From assembly GCF_009914755.1 (NCBI RefSeq), contig NC_060931.1: a stretch of 64,000 nt of DNA; one strand, given 5' to 3'. Both the position numbers and the translations under genes were made by a program. Source of the stretch: the human T2T-CHM13v2.0 reference genome, Homo sapiens. Positions 30,128-45,645 of this stretch are shown here, piece by piece. Position 1 is the first letter of the stretch; every line of letters begins with the position of its first letter. Under the pieces are notes generated by a model. The model was not told the origin of the DNA. It did no database searches and saw only the letters and a list, made by a program, of their open reading frames with translations.

Positions 30128-30240
30128 AGAAAACAGGTTTAAGACCTTCTCATGACACTGTATCCTTTCTCAAAAAAAAAAAAAAAAAAGAGAAAAGGAA
30201 GGAAGGAAGGAAGGAAAAGAAAGCAGGTTTAAGACCTTCT
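30063..30240. repeat. Tandem duplication, units of 88 and 90 bp
   Basis: C(G/A)TGACACTG(C/T)ATCCTTT(T/C)TC-(A)n-...GGAAGGAAGGAAGGAAAAGAAA(A/G)CAGGTTTAAGACCTTCT twice. Confidence 0.92.
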
Positions 30241-31184
30241 GGAGAATGGACAAGTCTGGAGAAGTTTTATTTGGAAATGTGAGTGTCATCTACTTTAGGA
30301 AAATTTCGATTTTACTAATGATATAATTAATATTTCCCCTAGTCACAATTCTGTTTCTCGTTTTTATTTCTGGGTTGTGATTTTATTTAAGAAATATTAA
30401 AGATGTTTCTGAAAACATTGACTTACGACAATGAAGTCTACTTTTTTCCCCACATTTATCTTATGTGATGATATAAATCTGTTTAAAATGTTCACCTTCA
30501 TTTCATTTTTATTCTTACTGAAACATTTCTAAAGTCTTAAAATAAAGTCACAAAGAAGCCCCAAAGTCCTTAGAAATAAATTTTGTGAAGGATGTTCTAT
30601 ATTTGCTTATAGTAAGTAACCTCCTGATTGCATTGATTTTCAAGGCTTGCCTGACATTGCTCAACTTCTGCATTTGTAGGTTAGTTGTTTGTCATATGTG
30701 CAAATTCCCTTCAGGTATTTTTAGGTTTATGTTTATTTCTGCTCTTTTATATTTAACTTCTCATAGAAACCAGGAGGGGTATCATTTGATGGTTTGCTTA
30801 TTGTTTGATAGTTGAGATTCTCTTGAGGCAGGGGTCAAATTAACTCATGAGTTGTGATCCTAGAATTTACTTTTCCTCTGCCTGTTTCTTCCTATAAGTA
30901 GGGATTTACCATTCAAACAACCTATTTCAGTAAGGGATACTGAAAGTGAACAGCCTGATTGCTAATAAAACTGAGTAAAATTAAATAGTGCAGGGCTAAG
31001 TCTATCCTTCTCTAGTGGTGAAAAGACCTTTCATTATAAACATAAAGCAGTGATGAATTCATCCACTTCACCAAAACAGGTTTTGCTTTGGCTACTAGAT
31101 ATTTAGACTTATAAATTTTAGTCTAGTTATTTCCAAAAAGTAATTTTGTAAATCAGCTAGTAGCATGTTGCTTGGATCCTTAAG

Positions 31185-31400
31185 CCCAAGAGTCAGCCTC
31201 TGTGTGAAATTCTGGCTGTAGCCGTAGTGCCTGTGTGACCTTGGGCCAGTTACTTAATCCCATAGGCCTCATGCTTTCCATCTGTGAAATGAGGGTCATA
31301 AAAGCAGCCACTTTCCAGGGATATTATAAAAATTAAACAAGATAATACTATAGAAAAATTCTGAGCATAATGTCTGGCATGTTGGAAGGGCTTTATACCT
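31185..31400 (+). mobile_element. MIR SINE
   Basis: Core TGTGTGACCTTGGGCCAGTTACTTAATCCC...CATCTGTGAAATGAGG. Confidence 0.8.
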
Positions 31401-31891
31401 GCTACCTCTTACGAATTTTTACTTTCTAATATTCAGTTTGGTTTAGCATTGTATTTATTTTTCTTTCTGAGTGAGGCATTTGGATTAGAAAGCTGTCAGA
31501 TACTGACCCTTTCATGGAGGCTCTCAGCAATCTAACTGAGGAGAAAACACACATGAAATTATTTCACTGTATTAGGATAAAGACATGCAGTGGGTACACT
31601 GTCAGTACAGAAGAGGGTACTCACCCCAGTGTGGAGAGTCAGGAAAGGTTTTCCACACAATCATGAAAGCTAAGTGAAATGTAGTCAGGGGGTTAGAAGG
31701 AGAAAGCTTGAGCAATAGCCAAGAGCTATATAACACCCTACTATATGCAGGCAACCAAAACTCGCTGAATTCTAAACAGTAAAATACAAAGTGGGGAAAA
31801 TGGAAAATGAATTGAGATAAATACTCTCCTGGTAATACCATACTAAGGAGCTTGGCCTTTGTTCTTTGAGTGATAGAAACCAAGTGAAGTA

Positions 31892-33068
31892 CAGTCATGC
31901 ACTGCCTAACAATGTTGTGGTCGATGATAGACTGCATACATGTTGGTGGTCCCATGAGATTATCATGGAGCTGAAAAATTTGTCACCTAGTGGGCATGAC
32001 ATCATAGCACAATGCATTACTAATGTGTTTGTGGTGATGCTGCTGTAAACAAACTTACTGCACTGCCAAACATATAAAAGTATATCACATACAATTATGT
32101 ACTTTATATAATACTTGATAATGATAATATACAACTATATAACTAGTTTATTTTTTACAACACTACACTTTTTAATTATGATTTCAGAGTGTACTCCTTT
32201 TACTTATAAAAAAGAAGTTAACTGTAAAGCAGCCTCAGGCAGGTCCTTCAGGAAATATTCCAGAAAAGGCATTATTATCATAGGAGATGACAGCTCCGTG
32301 TGTTACTGCCCCTGAAGACCTTCCAGTGGGACAAGGTGTGGAGGTGGAAGACAGTGATATTGATCATCCTGACCCTGTGAAAGCCTAGACTAACATGTTT
32401 GTTTGTGTCTTAGATTTTAACAAAATTTTAAAAAGTAAAAAATAAAAATAAAAATTTAAAATAAAATAAGGATATATATTTTTGTACATCTATACAATGT
32501 GTTTGTAATTTAAGCTAAATGTTATTACAGAAGAGTCAAAAAGTTAAAACAAAATTTAAAAGTTTCTAAAATGTTAACATAGGATTATAAAAATGTTACA
32601 GTAAGCTGTTTATTTTTGAAGAAAAAAATTTTAAATATAGTGTGGCCTAAGTGTACAGTGTTTATGAAGTCTACAGTTGTGTACAGTAATGTCCTAGGCC
32701 TTTGTAGTCACTCCTCACCACTCACTCACTTACTCACCCAGAGCAATTTCCAGTTTTACAAGTTTCATTTATGGCAAGTTCCCTAGATAGGATGAGTATT
32801 TTTATCTTTTATGTCATATTTTTACTGTACATTTTCTATGTTTAGATACACAAATATTATGTTACAATTGCCTACAGTGTTCAGTACAGTAACATGCTGT
32901 ATGGATTTGTAGCCTAGGAGCAATAGTCTGTCTCATACAGCGGAGGTGTGTAGTAGGCCATACCATCTAGATTTGTGTAAGTGCCCTCTGTGATGTCCGC
33001 ACAACAATGAAATTGTCTAACAATGCATTTCTCAGAACATGTCCCTGTTATTAAGCAACCCATGACCA
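31892..33068. mobile_element. Tigger3(b)-type DNA transposon inserted in a reverse L2
   Basis: TA|CAGTCATGCACTGCCTAAC...TTAAGCAACCCATGACCA|TA terminal inverted repeats, TA TSD, ~1.18 kb. Confidence 0.85.
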
Positions 33069-33683
33069 TATTTAAGCAGAGTTGTGCTATGGAGCTCTCT
33101 GGTTGATGTGTGGAAGATACATTTAAAGAAGCCAAGGCTTCTTTAACAGAAGAGAGAGAAAGGTAATAGAAGTGATCATGACCACTCATATTGAGGAAGC
33201 AACAGCAGAGGTGGAGAAGACAAGGTGGGGATGAAAAATATGTGGATGGTAAAGCAGGCAGGACTTGATGATTGGCTGAAATGTAGGCGTCAGAACCAGA
33301 AAAAGTGGGATGAATCCAGGTTCCTGGATTGTGTAACAGTGTGGATGGGGCTGCTACTGAAACAAAGAAGACAGGAGTAGGATGAAGAGTAGGGGAGGGG
33401 CAGAGGGAGAGGAAAAACTGTAATGATGTGTTGACTTTGACACCTTTTCTTATGAGACATCCAGGAGAAAACAAGGATGCAAGGATGAGGGTAGTACTGA
33501 AGCCAATGAAGCAATAGTTTGTTACACCATATGTTACTTACTAGGTGCCAAGAAGAAATCACACTTGAATCCACATGAGTATTTAAAACTTAAAGCAGGG
33601 AAAAGTGTTGAGCTTTATAGTGAAAAGAAATATAATTTATGGATGATTATGTTTGTACTAAACCTCTCTGCTAATCCTGTTAA

Positions 33684-34100
<417 letters not shown>

Positions 34101-34444
34101 TGAGAACTCAAAATTTCATCTAAATGCTCTTTTAAAAACAAATTACACATTCAGTTAAAGCCAACATAATGTTTATGAGGTACTTTCTCTCTACCAGAAG
34201 CTGAAAGAAATGCTATAAACAATATAAACTATTCCCTTAAAAGAAACTCATATATTTTCAATTAATACCTTCAGTTAATTTAAATAGAATTTTTTCAACT
34301 TTCTGGCTATCTTTTCAAAAAGTTCAATCCAGTTAATCTCAGAAATTTTAATAGCTTTGAGAGATGATGTCAGATCACACATGAAAGAAGTGGACTAAGC
34401 ACTGGTTGAAGAGTGACTTGTACATATGTTCAAAACTTTATCGT

Positions 34445-35675
34445 TGTTACAGGATCCTTGGAGTGTTGCTTTGCCAGCTGGAAACCTTTGTGGTTGGTGG
34501 CACCTTTGCCCGAGTTTTGCTTGGGCCCACTGGGATCATTCTGTCCACTTGGCCTGGCAGGCTGCGCTTGGCTCATGCTACCTGCCCAAAATCCATACCT
34601 GCCAAGGGCAAGCCAGGTGTGGAGTGGCCAAGGGTGTGTGAGTGAGCAAGCAAGCACAGGGTCTGGCTGCAGTGCACAGCCATGCACGCTGGGTGCAACA
34701 GGGCAGGCAGCTCCAGGCACCGGCACAGCCCCCAGCTCCCTGCAAGGCTGTGGCTGGACTAGGCAACTGCTTCCATTGCTGGCACCAGGAAACGTGGTGG
34801 CACCCACAAACTTGAAGACACCAGGAACTGCAGATTCCCAAAGAGTGTGTCACAGCCTTGGTTTGGGAAGCTCCTAGGTCTGGGCTCCCCAAAGGCCTGC
34901 AGCTCTTCTCTCCTTCTCTCTTCTCTTTCTTGTCACCCACAATGTGGCAGGCAAGGGGCATGCTTCAGCCCTGTTTATGTTATAGCTCTTTCAGTCCCAC
35001 CATTCACGTTCTTGTCCTGAAACAGGAAGAATGAGGTACAGGGACAACTGGAGGGTGAGTAAGGCAAGGAGGTGCTTTTTGAGGCAACAGTACAGCTGTC
35101 AGATGACCTGAAGTGGGTAGCTCCTTTCCACAAGCAGGTCATCCCGATTAGTGCAGCTCTTAGCAGAGAGGAGACCCACAGTGGGGAGCTCCTCTCTGCA
35201 GGTAGGTTGTCCCGACATCTGCCCTTCTGGCTGAGTCCAGGGATTTTATGGTCTTCAGAGGGGAGGAAGTGCATTCTGATTGGTCCATAGGCAGCCATGG
35301 GTGGGCCCAGAAAAAAGCACCATAAGTTCTCACTCCAGTTCACAGAACTGGCAGCCTGACCCCCAGGCTTCAGGCTGTCCCAGGCATGAAGGTTGTGCCT
35401 CACCAGGCACCCACCCCTTTCTACCCATTAGCTGCCTGCCTTCTGCTGCCATCAGCCTGCCACCCTTGACGCTCAGGCTATTCATGCCAAGGGGTGCCTG
35501 CAGGCCTGCACTGAGCCACCCTCAGCACCCCCTGCCCCTGCCAACCTCCCTCCAGTGCTTCTCAGCGACCAAAGTCGGAAGGGGCCAAGGTGTCACGAGG
35601 CTGGTGTGTTGGTGTACCCTAAATGCATGCACACCCGGTCCAGTCGTGACAATACCTGGGCTCAGCCTCAACTTG
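34445..35675 (-). mobile_element. MER52-type ERV1 LTR, truncated at one end
   Basis: TGTTACAGGATCCTTGGAGTGTTGCTTTGCCAGCTGGAAACC... GC-rich, CpG-decayed block that ends abruptly in AT-rich DNA. Confidence 0.8.
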
Positions 35676-36142
35676 TAATTAAAAAGTAAAGAGAAATTTA
35701 TTAATATTATCCCAACATTGTGTTAAAAAGAACCTGAAACTAGAAAATTATTATATCTTTTTAAAAAAATAAAAGAACATAGATGAAAATGTGACAGTCA
35801 TTATCTATCAGTGGTAAGATTTGGGGTTTTTTTGTGATTTGCTTATTTTTCCTAAGATTTCTATAATAAAATAAATAACATTTTTAAACAAGCAGAAAAT
35901 ATTTGTATTACTGCAGTTATATTTTTATGACTTAAGTTTTTAGGAAATCAACTCAAAACAAGTAGTCTGTCCTACTCGAGTTTAAAAAACTCTCATAGCC
36001 ATCATTTTATTTATTCTTTACATTATGTACTCTAGGGAAATCTAATAATCTTTGGTTTGTAAATCACCACAGAAAGCCTGGGTGATTAAATAACGTGCTT
36101 AGAGTTATAAAACCAGGTGTCAGAGGTGAGCCTTAAACATCC

Positions 36143-36735
<593 letters not shown>

Positions 36736-36971
36736 AGGTTCATTATTTATGCTAAGAAACTCTGTGTTTTTCTGACTTTGCCTTTTTATTAAAACATTTT
36801 TCTACAACCTCATATCTTCCAAAAATAAACATAATCTAAAACATCTTTTTTAACAGTATGAAGTTTTTGTCATTAAATTCACTAATTCATTCAGTGAGAC
36901 CAATATTCATTGAGCAATATTAGGTACAAGGCATTGTTCTCCCCACTGGGTACTGATCTGTGAAAAAGAGT

Positions 36972-37263
36972 AGCCACATTTCATGATTCATGCCTTTAAT
37001 CCCAGCAACCAGGGAGGTGAAATGGGAAGATTGCTTGAGGCCAGGAGTTTGAGACCAGGCTGGGCAATATATCAAGACTCCATCCTTGAAAAAAGAAAAC
37101 AATTAGCTAGATGTTTGGCATATACCCAGCTATTCAGGAGGCTGAGGTGGGAGGATCACTTGAGGCCAGGAGTTTGAGGCTGGCTGCAGGAGCTCTGGTT
37201 GTGCCATTATACTTCAGCCTGAGTGACAGAGCAAGACTCCAAATCTTATAAAAAAAAAAAAAA
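36972..37263 (+). mobile_element. AluJ SINE within a reverse L2
   Basis: Diverged dimeric Alu with A tail. Confidence 0.8.
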
Positions 37264-37482
37264 GAGAGAGAGAGAGACTTAAAGTGTCTACCATATGGAG
37301 CATCTTTCTGATGGGGAAGATATATAATAAAAGAGAAAATTCAGTAATAGAAAAGAAAATATATAAAAATAAACTAGATAAGTACTAAGGAGAAAAATCA
37401 AGGGAGAGCTAAATAGTGAGAGTTTGCATTTTATATAGGATAGCCTGAGAAAGTCTTACTAAAAATGTGAAATTTAAATCAA

Positions 37483-37635
37483 AGCCAGGTGTGGTGGGAC
37501 AGGCTTGTAATCCCAGCTAAGGCAGGAGGATTGTTTGAACCTAAGAGTTCAAGCTTAGCGTAGGCAACGTAGTGAGAACCTATCTTTAAACAAAACTGGG
37601 CAACACAGCCAGACTCTGTCTCTAAATAAATAAAC
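37483..37635 (+). mobile_element. Degenerate Alu monomer (FLAM-like)
   Basis: GCCAGGTGTGGTGG...TGTAATCCCAGCT...GGGCAACACAGCCAGACTCTGTCTCTAAATAAATAAA. Confidence 0.65.
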
Positions 37636-38205
37636 ACCCATGAAAAAGTTGATGTTCAAAGGGAGTGTGGTGTGAGCCATGGTATAAAATTGGATAACGG
37701 GAGGGAAATATTTAAAAACTTTATGCCACAGATCTTTATTGAATGTTTACTGCATGTGATAAAAACCCTGGTAAACTACCAAGGCTAGATCGTGTTTTCC
37801 TTGAGTTTGAAATTTAGATTTTAATAATTTATAAATAAATCTTATCTATCAGATTGCATGGTTGATCTAGGCAACTTAGAATTAATAGTCCTGCTTAGCT
37901 TTAGAACTCCCCAAGAAGTGTATTTAAAAGGAAAAGTAAAATTAGAACTAAATGAATAAAGATGTAACTGTTTTAACTAGAAATTATACTCCAAAACCAA
38001 ACCCATTTTTGTGGGAGGGGTGGGAAGGAACAACAACAAACACTGAATGTGGAGTCAGTGACCCTGGTTACTCATACCAGCTCTACTTCCAACCAGGTGT
38101 GCTGTCAAAATGTGGACAGGTCACTTTTGGAGTCTGGGTTAGTTGGCTTTTGTGATCAATTTCATAAACCTCGGAATCTATTTTAATAAACTGAATGATA
38201 TAGAA

Positions 38206-38425
38206 TGAGCTTGCCCGAACCATGGCCCACAGGCTGCATATGACCCAGGATGCCTTTGAATGTGGGCCAACACAGATTTGTAAACTTTCTTAAAACATTA
38301 TGATATTTTGTTGCAGTTTTTTAAAAGCTCATCAGCTAGCATTAGTGTTAATGTATTGTATGTATCGCCCAAGACAATTCTTCTTCCAGTGTGGCCCAGG
38401 GAAGCCAAAAGATTGGACACTCCAG
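38206..38425. mobile_element. MER30 hAT-Charlie MITE
   Basis: Ends GGCCCAGGGAAGCCAAAAGATTGGACACTCCAG; 8-bp TSD ATATAGAA at 38198-38205 and 38426-38433. Confidence 0.88.
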
Positions 38426-38469
38426 ATATAGAATAAAAAGTGTTTTATTTTTTGCATTTTAAAAATTCT

Positions 38470-38760
38470 TCTGGGCGCGGTGGCTCACGCCTGTAATCCC
38501 AGCACTTTGGGAGGCCGAGGCGGGTGGATCATGAGGTCAGGAGATCAAGACCATCCTGGCTAACACAGTGAAACCCCGTCTCTACTAAAAATACAAAAAA
38601 TTAGCCGGGCGTGGTGGCGGGCGCCTGTAGTCCCAGCTACTCAGGAGGCTGAGGCAGGAGAATGGCGTGAACACGGGAGGCAGAGCTTGCAGTGAGCCGA
38701 GATGGCGCCACTGCACTCCAGCCTGGGCAACAGAGCGAGACTCCGTCCAAAAAAAAAAAA
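38470..38760 (+). mobile_element. AluY SINE, CpG-rich
   Basis: GAGATCAAGACCATCCTGGCTAACAC, GAATGGCGTGAAC, GAGCTTGCAG diagnostics. Confidence 0.96.
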
Positions 38761-39374
38761 ATTATTTAATCCTGTATCATTATTAGGAAAACTTACTCTT
38801 GTTGGTACTATGCTACAAGTTCAATCAGTACCAATCACAATACACATATCAATACTATAGCACCATCACCACACTTTCCCTTTGTTAATTTTTTTTTCTG
38901 CCTTAAAATGTTGTGGGTTCTTAACAACTGAATTTAAAAACAAACCAACAAGATTTTGGGGAAATACTTAACTTTTTCACATTAACTATAGTGTATTTGC
39001 TCCCTATGGCTTAGGAAGAGATTGGCTGACAGTTATTGGAGACTGGCTGGGAAGCACCTGGCTCTTGTGTATCTCAGTGAAAGTAGAAAACCAGGCTGCC
39101 CAATGTTAACTCTCTTTAACTCTTTTCAAGTTTGCAGGAAAGCTTTAAAAATCTTTCATTTGCTCTTGATTTTACCCAATGCAATTTTATCTTTTATAAG
39201 ACCAATTTTTGTGTACTTAGTGGATAGTAAATAAAATGTACGACCATATTTCCATTTATTAGGAGAAAAATAATTATGGATTCTAAATCACTCTTCCTAA
39301 GGTCACACAATCAAAGGCAAAGGCTTGTATTTTTATATTTATTTAGGGGAAACTTTATTCAAAGCAGGGGATAG

Positions 39375-40340
<966 letters not shown>

Positions 40341-41669
40341 TCAGTATCTCTCCTAGGGGATCACTCAATAAAGCAGAGCTTGTATTTTAATTCAGATTTC
40401 CTGACTTCTAATCCAGGGCTCATTCTAAGCAATGGGACAAAATGAAACCTAGCTTACCTCCCAAGGCTGCCCTGCACTGGACTCTTCTAGAAAAGCCAGG
40501 GATACAGAGTGGGTTTTAAAACATCGCCACATATCCGTGTTTGCCTTTAAGCAAAGGCTTCTTAGAGATTCAAAAGGAGTTGCAACATAACAAGATAAGA
40601 CACGCAAACTGCCTTCTTTTTTTTCCTCACAGAGATAAAATCAGTATCTTTAATCCATCAATGCTGTACATAAGTAGTGTCAGAAATGAGTGCACAGACA
40701 GCATTGGAACTTTGTGTTCCCAAGAATTCATTTGGAGTACCCTCTGCTGGGGAGCCAGACTTCAGAAAACAAAGACTAAAGTAGGAATGGAGGGAAGGCT
40801 TAGCTCTGCTACATACCCACGAGTAAGAAAAGAATCCAGGCAGCCGAAGCATTTGGGGAATTCAGCTGCCTGGGATTATGGGCATTAAAACCCCCTACCC
40901 TCAATCACTTCCATCCCCACCCAAGCACACAAAATTTTACCCGAAGATGTTTGTAGCAGCTGTGAAACTGTCCAACTATTAGAAGAAAGAGTGGAGAAAT
41001 GGGAGTCTCTGCATATTTTATGTCCTAGTTAACAATAATTTACTTCTTTTATGGAAATTTAAAATAATATCTTCTCAATATTCAGATTGCATAAACCCTG
41101 GAGATGTAAGACACTTTTGGATTAAAGGTTTCTATGTAGGAATGGTTATATTCTAGTGATAAATATTTCCTCATATGGAATTTAAAATTCTTTAGCTACT
41201 CCATCACTACCTTTCTCCCAGTTATTGCTAAGTCATCAGTATGCTGGAGTGGAGGGGTGTCTGGGAGCTTCCATATGTCACATGGAATACAGAAATAGAA
41301 GGATGGTAAGACATAGGCCACAAGTAGATTACAGTGCAGTGGATATAGCTGGAGGAAAGAAGTACTATGTAGATCAAATGTAATTCATTTTGATACTTGC
41401 AATACTACACATCCATTAGCATACTTTTTACTTTTTTTTCCTTGTTAACAAGTTAAATAACTGTCTTCATTATGTAAAAGTGGCAACAGACAGAAAAACC
41501 TATATTCTACCTCTAAGTCTCTTGGTTTTGTAATTCCAATCTGAAATTGTGACCTTTAAATATGTTACAGTCTTATTGGGTTTCAAAGGGGATGATGGAA
41601 AGAAATGGCACTTGTGGAATTTCTACTGTGTGTCATTCTCTGTATCTTACTATTTCTATAATCGTAACC

Positions 41670-41800
41670 TAATATAATCCTAATAGAACTGTGTGAGGTA
41701 AATCTTATAACCATCTTTTCATAGCTGAGGAAATTGAGGCTCTGAGAATCCACAGTATTATAGCTAGTGAGTGACAACAGATACCATGCTCTTCTTCTGA
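41670..41800 (-). mobile_element. MIR SINE fragment
   Basis: TTTTCATAGCTGAGGAAATTGAGGCTCTGAGA core. Confidence 0.65.
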
Positions 41801-43363
41801 CACAATGTCACTCAGGTAAGGAAGATGAGGGGTCCGGGGAAGCAGGGATATCACAAGCCTCCATTTTCCATCTCTTTCTTCAGGGGAGATCTCAAATAAT
41901 TTTTCTTTTGATAGTTTTCATAGGCAAGTTTACAAGACCAAAAGAGAAATCTAAATTTAGTGAGGATGAAAATTATTTTTCTTGTTATATTTATCCACAT
42001 ATTGCTTTTTCTTATATCTGTATATAGATACAACACTTGCAAAATTATGTAATATTTTTCTTTGTGTATATTGTTTCAGTTATCTTCTCTTTTTGAATTT
42101 GAATTTGGAAAAAAATGTGTATATGTATGTCCCACAAAACACATAACACATTTACTGGGTCAAGATTGTGGCAGAATGATGAATCATTGGATTTAGGTTC
42201 ATCAACCTTATAAGATGCTAAATTATTTTGTACTTTTCCTCTCTCTTTTTTTCTAGGCTCTTCCATTGCATAAGTGGTAGAATGGTGTAGAGTTTCTCCC
42301 CTGTACTGCAGTTTTTGATTTATCATTTCTTTTATCCATTTGAGATAAGCTGTCAATTCATTTGAAAGTTATTATGAACACAGACATAAAGTGCTGTCTT
42401 CAGCACTCAGTTGTATGCAATCAACTATAATGTCTGTTAGAGTGTTCATTTGCTTAAAGTACCTAGGAAGTATGATTATAGGTGATGGGGGTGTGGTATC
42501 CTCTGGGCATATCAATAATATTGGTTAACAGCTCTGTAGTTACAATACTACCCTCTAATGGCACATCGAAGTATGCCCCAGGATATGTGGGAAGATTTTC
42601 TCTGCAATCTTTTGGAGGAAATGTCTGAAAACAAAATTAGAAAGATTATTCCTCTGAAGTCTGACAGGTTATTCTATAAGAAAAACGTGCATCTGAATAA
42701 TTCTCCAAAATTAAGATAATATTATATGAATTTGTCCTTAGTCTGCTGTATATTTTCCCAACAGTCACTTCGAACATTTTTGGCCAATATAGAGAAAAAA
42801 TATTATGAAAAACAAAACAAAATAAAGAAAACTTGGCTTATTAGAATTTCAATTTCCTAATTCTTAGCTAGATATGTTTTCTGATTTTAAGAATTTATTC
42901 TTTGCAGTGCATTTATATTGAAGTGAATATGGAGATTTGAAAAATATGAACTTGAAACTGTTTTAAGTAACAACCCATGTTTGAAACATTTCCCAGTGTG
43001 AGTGACAAGCAATTAAATCTACTTTGCATAAACTTGAACTTGATGTGGAAACCAACTGATTCTTTGAAGTCCTAGAAGAAACAAAAATGAGCTGTTTAAT
43101 CTTTTGCTGCATGCTGTGGTTCTCTGGAGCAGCAAAAACAATTGATGGGAAATGGGGAGAACATAAATGTTTATTTTTGCAACAATGTTAATATTATCTA
43201 AATGCTAATTCTTAAGGAAGAATATCAGAAAAAAGAAATAAATCATATGACTAATGATGTGGCTCACATATATCATTATGGATCAGCAAATAGGTATTCA
43301 AAGAGGATTCAAACAAAATACTCTGAGTATTCGAATGAGTTTTTCTGATGTGCGTGCTGTCTA

Positions 43364-45645
43364 CAGGCATACTTTGTTTTGTCGTGCTTCACAACTATTG
43401 TATTTTTTACAAATTGAAGATTTGTGGCAACCATTCCTCAAGGAAGTCTACTGGGGCTATTTTGCCAACAGCATATGCTCACTTCATGTCTCTGTGAGCT
43501 TGATAATTCTTATAATATTTCAAACTTTGTCATTATTATATCAGTCATTATTACATATTTTTAATGTTACTATTGTAATTGTGTTGGGGTGCCATGAACC
43601 ATGGCCATGTTAGACAGCAAACCTAATAATGTAATTTGTGTTCTGACTGCTCCACTGACCTGTTGTTCTCCTATCCCTCTCCTTCTCCTTGGGCCTCCCT
43701 ATTTCCTGAGATACAACAATATTAAAATTAGGCCAATTAATTGCCCTACAGTTGTCTCTTAAGTGTTCAAGTGAAAGGAAGAATTGCGTGTCTCTCACTT
43801 GAAATCAAAAGCTAGAAATGATTAAGCTTATCAAGGAAGGTAATTCAAAAGCTGAGATAGGCTGAAAGCTCAGTTCCTCGTGCCAAACAGTTAGCCAAGC
43901 TGTGAAAGCAAAGAAAAAGTTCTCAAAAGAAATTAAAAGTTCGACTCCAGTGAACACACAAATGATAAGAAAGTAAAATAGCCTTATTGCTGATATGAGG
44001 AGAGTTTTAGTGCTCTAAGGCTAAGAGAGGCAAGGAAACTGCAGAAGAAGAGTTTGAAGCTAGCAGAGCTTGGTTTATGAAATTTAAGGAAGGAAGCCAT
44101 CTCCATAACTTAAGAGTGCAAGGTAAAGAGGCAAGTGCTCTTGGAGAAGCTGAAGAAAGTTATTTAGAAGATTTAGCTAAGATAATTGATGATGGTGGCT
44201 ACATTTAACAACAGATTTTAAATGTAGACCAAACAGTCTTCTACTGAAAGAAGATGCCATCTAGGACTTCCACAGCTAGAGAGAAGTCAATGCCTGGCTT
44301 CGAAGCTTTGCAGTACAGGCTGACTCTGTTGTTAATCGCTAATGTAGATTGAGACTTTAAGTTGCAGTCAGTACTCATTTACCATGCTGAAAATCCTAGG
44401 GCACTTACTCTGCCTGTGTTCTAGAAATTAAAGAAAGACTGAATGACAGCACCTCTGTTTACAGCATGGTTTGTTGAATATTTTAAATCCACTGCTGAGA
44501 CCTACTGCCCAGAAAAAAATATTTCTTCCAAAAGGTTACTGCTCACTGACAGTGTACCTCATTACCCAAGAGGTTTGATGGAGATGTGCAAGGAGATTAA
44601 TGTCATTTTCATGCCTGCTAACACAACATTCATTCTACAACCCATGGACCAAGGAATAATTTGGACTTTCAAGTCTTATTATTTAATAAATATATTTTAT
44701 AAGGCTATAGCAGCGGGATGTAGTGATTCCTCTGATGGATCTGGGCAAAGTACATTGAAAAACTTCTGGAAAAGATTCACCATTCTAGATGCCATTAAGA
44801 ACATTTGTGATTTATGGAGGGAGTTCAAAATATAAATATTAACAAGGGCTTGGAAAAAGTTGATTCCAACCCTCTCGGATGTCTTTGAGGGATTTAAGAC
44901 TTAAGTAGAAGAAGTACCTGAGATATGGGAGAAACAGCAAGGGAACTAGGATTAGAATTGGAGCTGAAGATGCTACTAAGTTGCTACAATCTTATGATAA
45001 AACTTGAACGTATGAGGAATTGCTTCTTATGGATGAGCAAAGAGTAAGTAAGTTTCTTACGATAGAAACCACTCCTGGTGAAGATGCTGTGAACATGTTG
45101 AAAACAAATAATTTAGTGTTACATAAACTTAGTTGATAAAGCAGCAGCAGGATTTGAGAGGATTGACTCTAATTTTGAAAGTATACTGTGGGTAAAATGG
45201 TATCAGACAGTATCACACACTACAGTAAAATCTTCTGTGAAAGAAAGAGTCCATTGATGTAGCAGATTTTATTGGTGTTCTCTTTTATGAAATTGTCATG
45301 GGCACGCAAACCTTCAGCAACCACCACCCTCATCATTCAGCTCCCATCAACATCAATGCAAGACCCTCCAGCAGCAGAAAAGATTATAACTCGCTGAGGG
45401 CTCAAATGGTTATTAGCATTTTTAGCAATAAAATATTTTTAAATTGAGATATGTACTTTTTTGTATTTTTAATTAAGGTATGTACTTTTTTAGACAATGT
45501 TATTGCACACTTAATAGTCTACGATAGAGTGTAAATATACTTTTCTATGCAAAAACAAAAAAAACTGTGTGATTCACTTTGTTGTGATATTCACTTTATT
45601 GCAGTGGTCCAGAACTGAACTCACAATATCTCCAGGATATGCCTG
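43364..45645 (+). mobile_element. Near-full-length Tigger1 (pogo-like) DNA transposon
   Basis: TA|CAGGCATAC...GATATGCCTG|TA TIRs and TA TSD; 2.28 kb; decayed transposase. Confidence 0.95.
44443..44835 (+). pseudogene. Tigger1 transposase DDE_1 domain remnant
   Basis: RLLLTD...[26 protein letters not shown] motif; flanking stops and frameshifts. Confidence 0.9.

Noticed and set aside
30110-30216. GGAA repeats as an EWS-FLI1-type enhancer microsatellite
   Set aside because: Only about 4-5 consecutive units per block, too short to be notable
34406-35678. Cluster of 70-150 aa ORFs on both strands suggesting a gene or CpG-island promoter
   Set aside because: Explained by the GC-rich MER52 LTR, which is stop-poor; CpGs are decayed
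40541-40888. 115-aa ORF with a good acceptor (TTTTCCTCACAG at ~40632) and possible GA|GTAAGA donor
   Set aside because: Could be a non-coding exon, but the donor is weak, the peptide is unrecognisable and nothing else supports it
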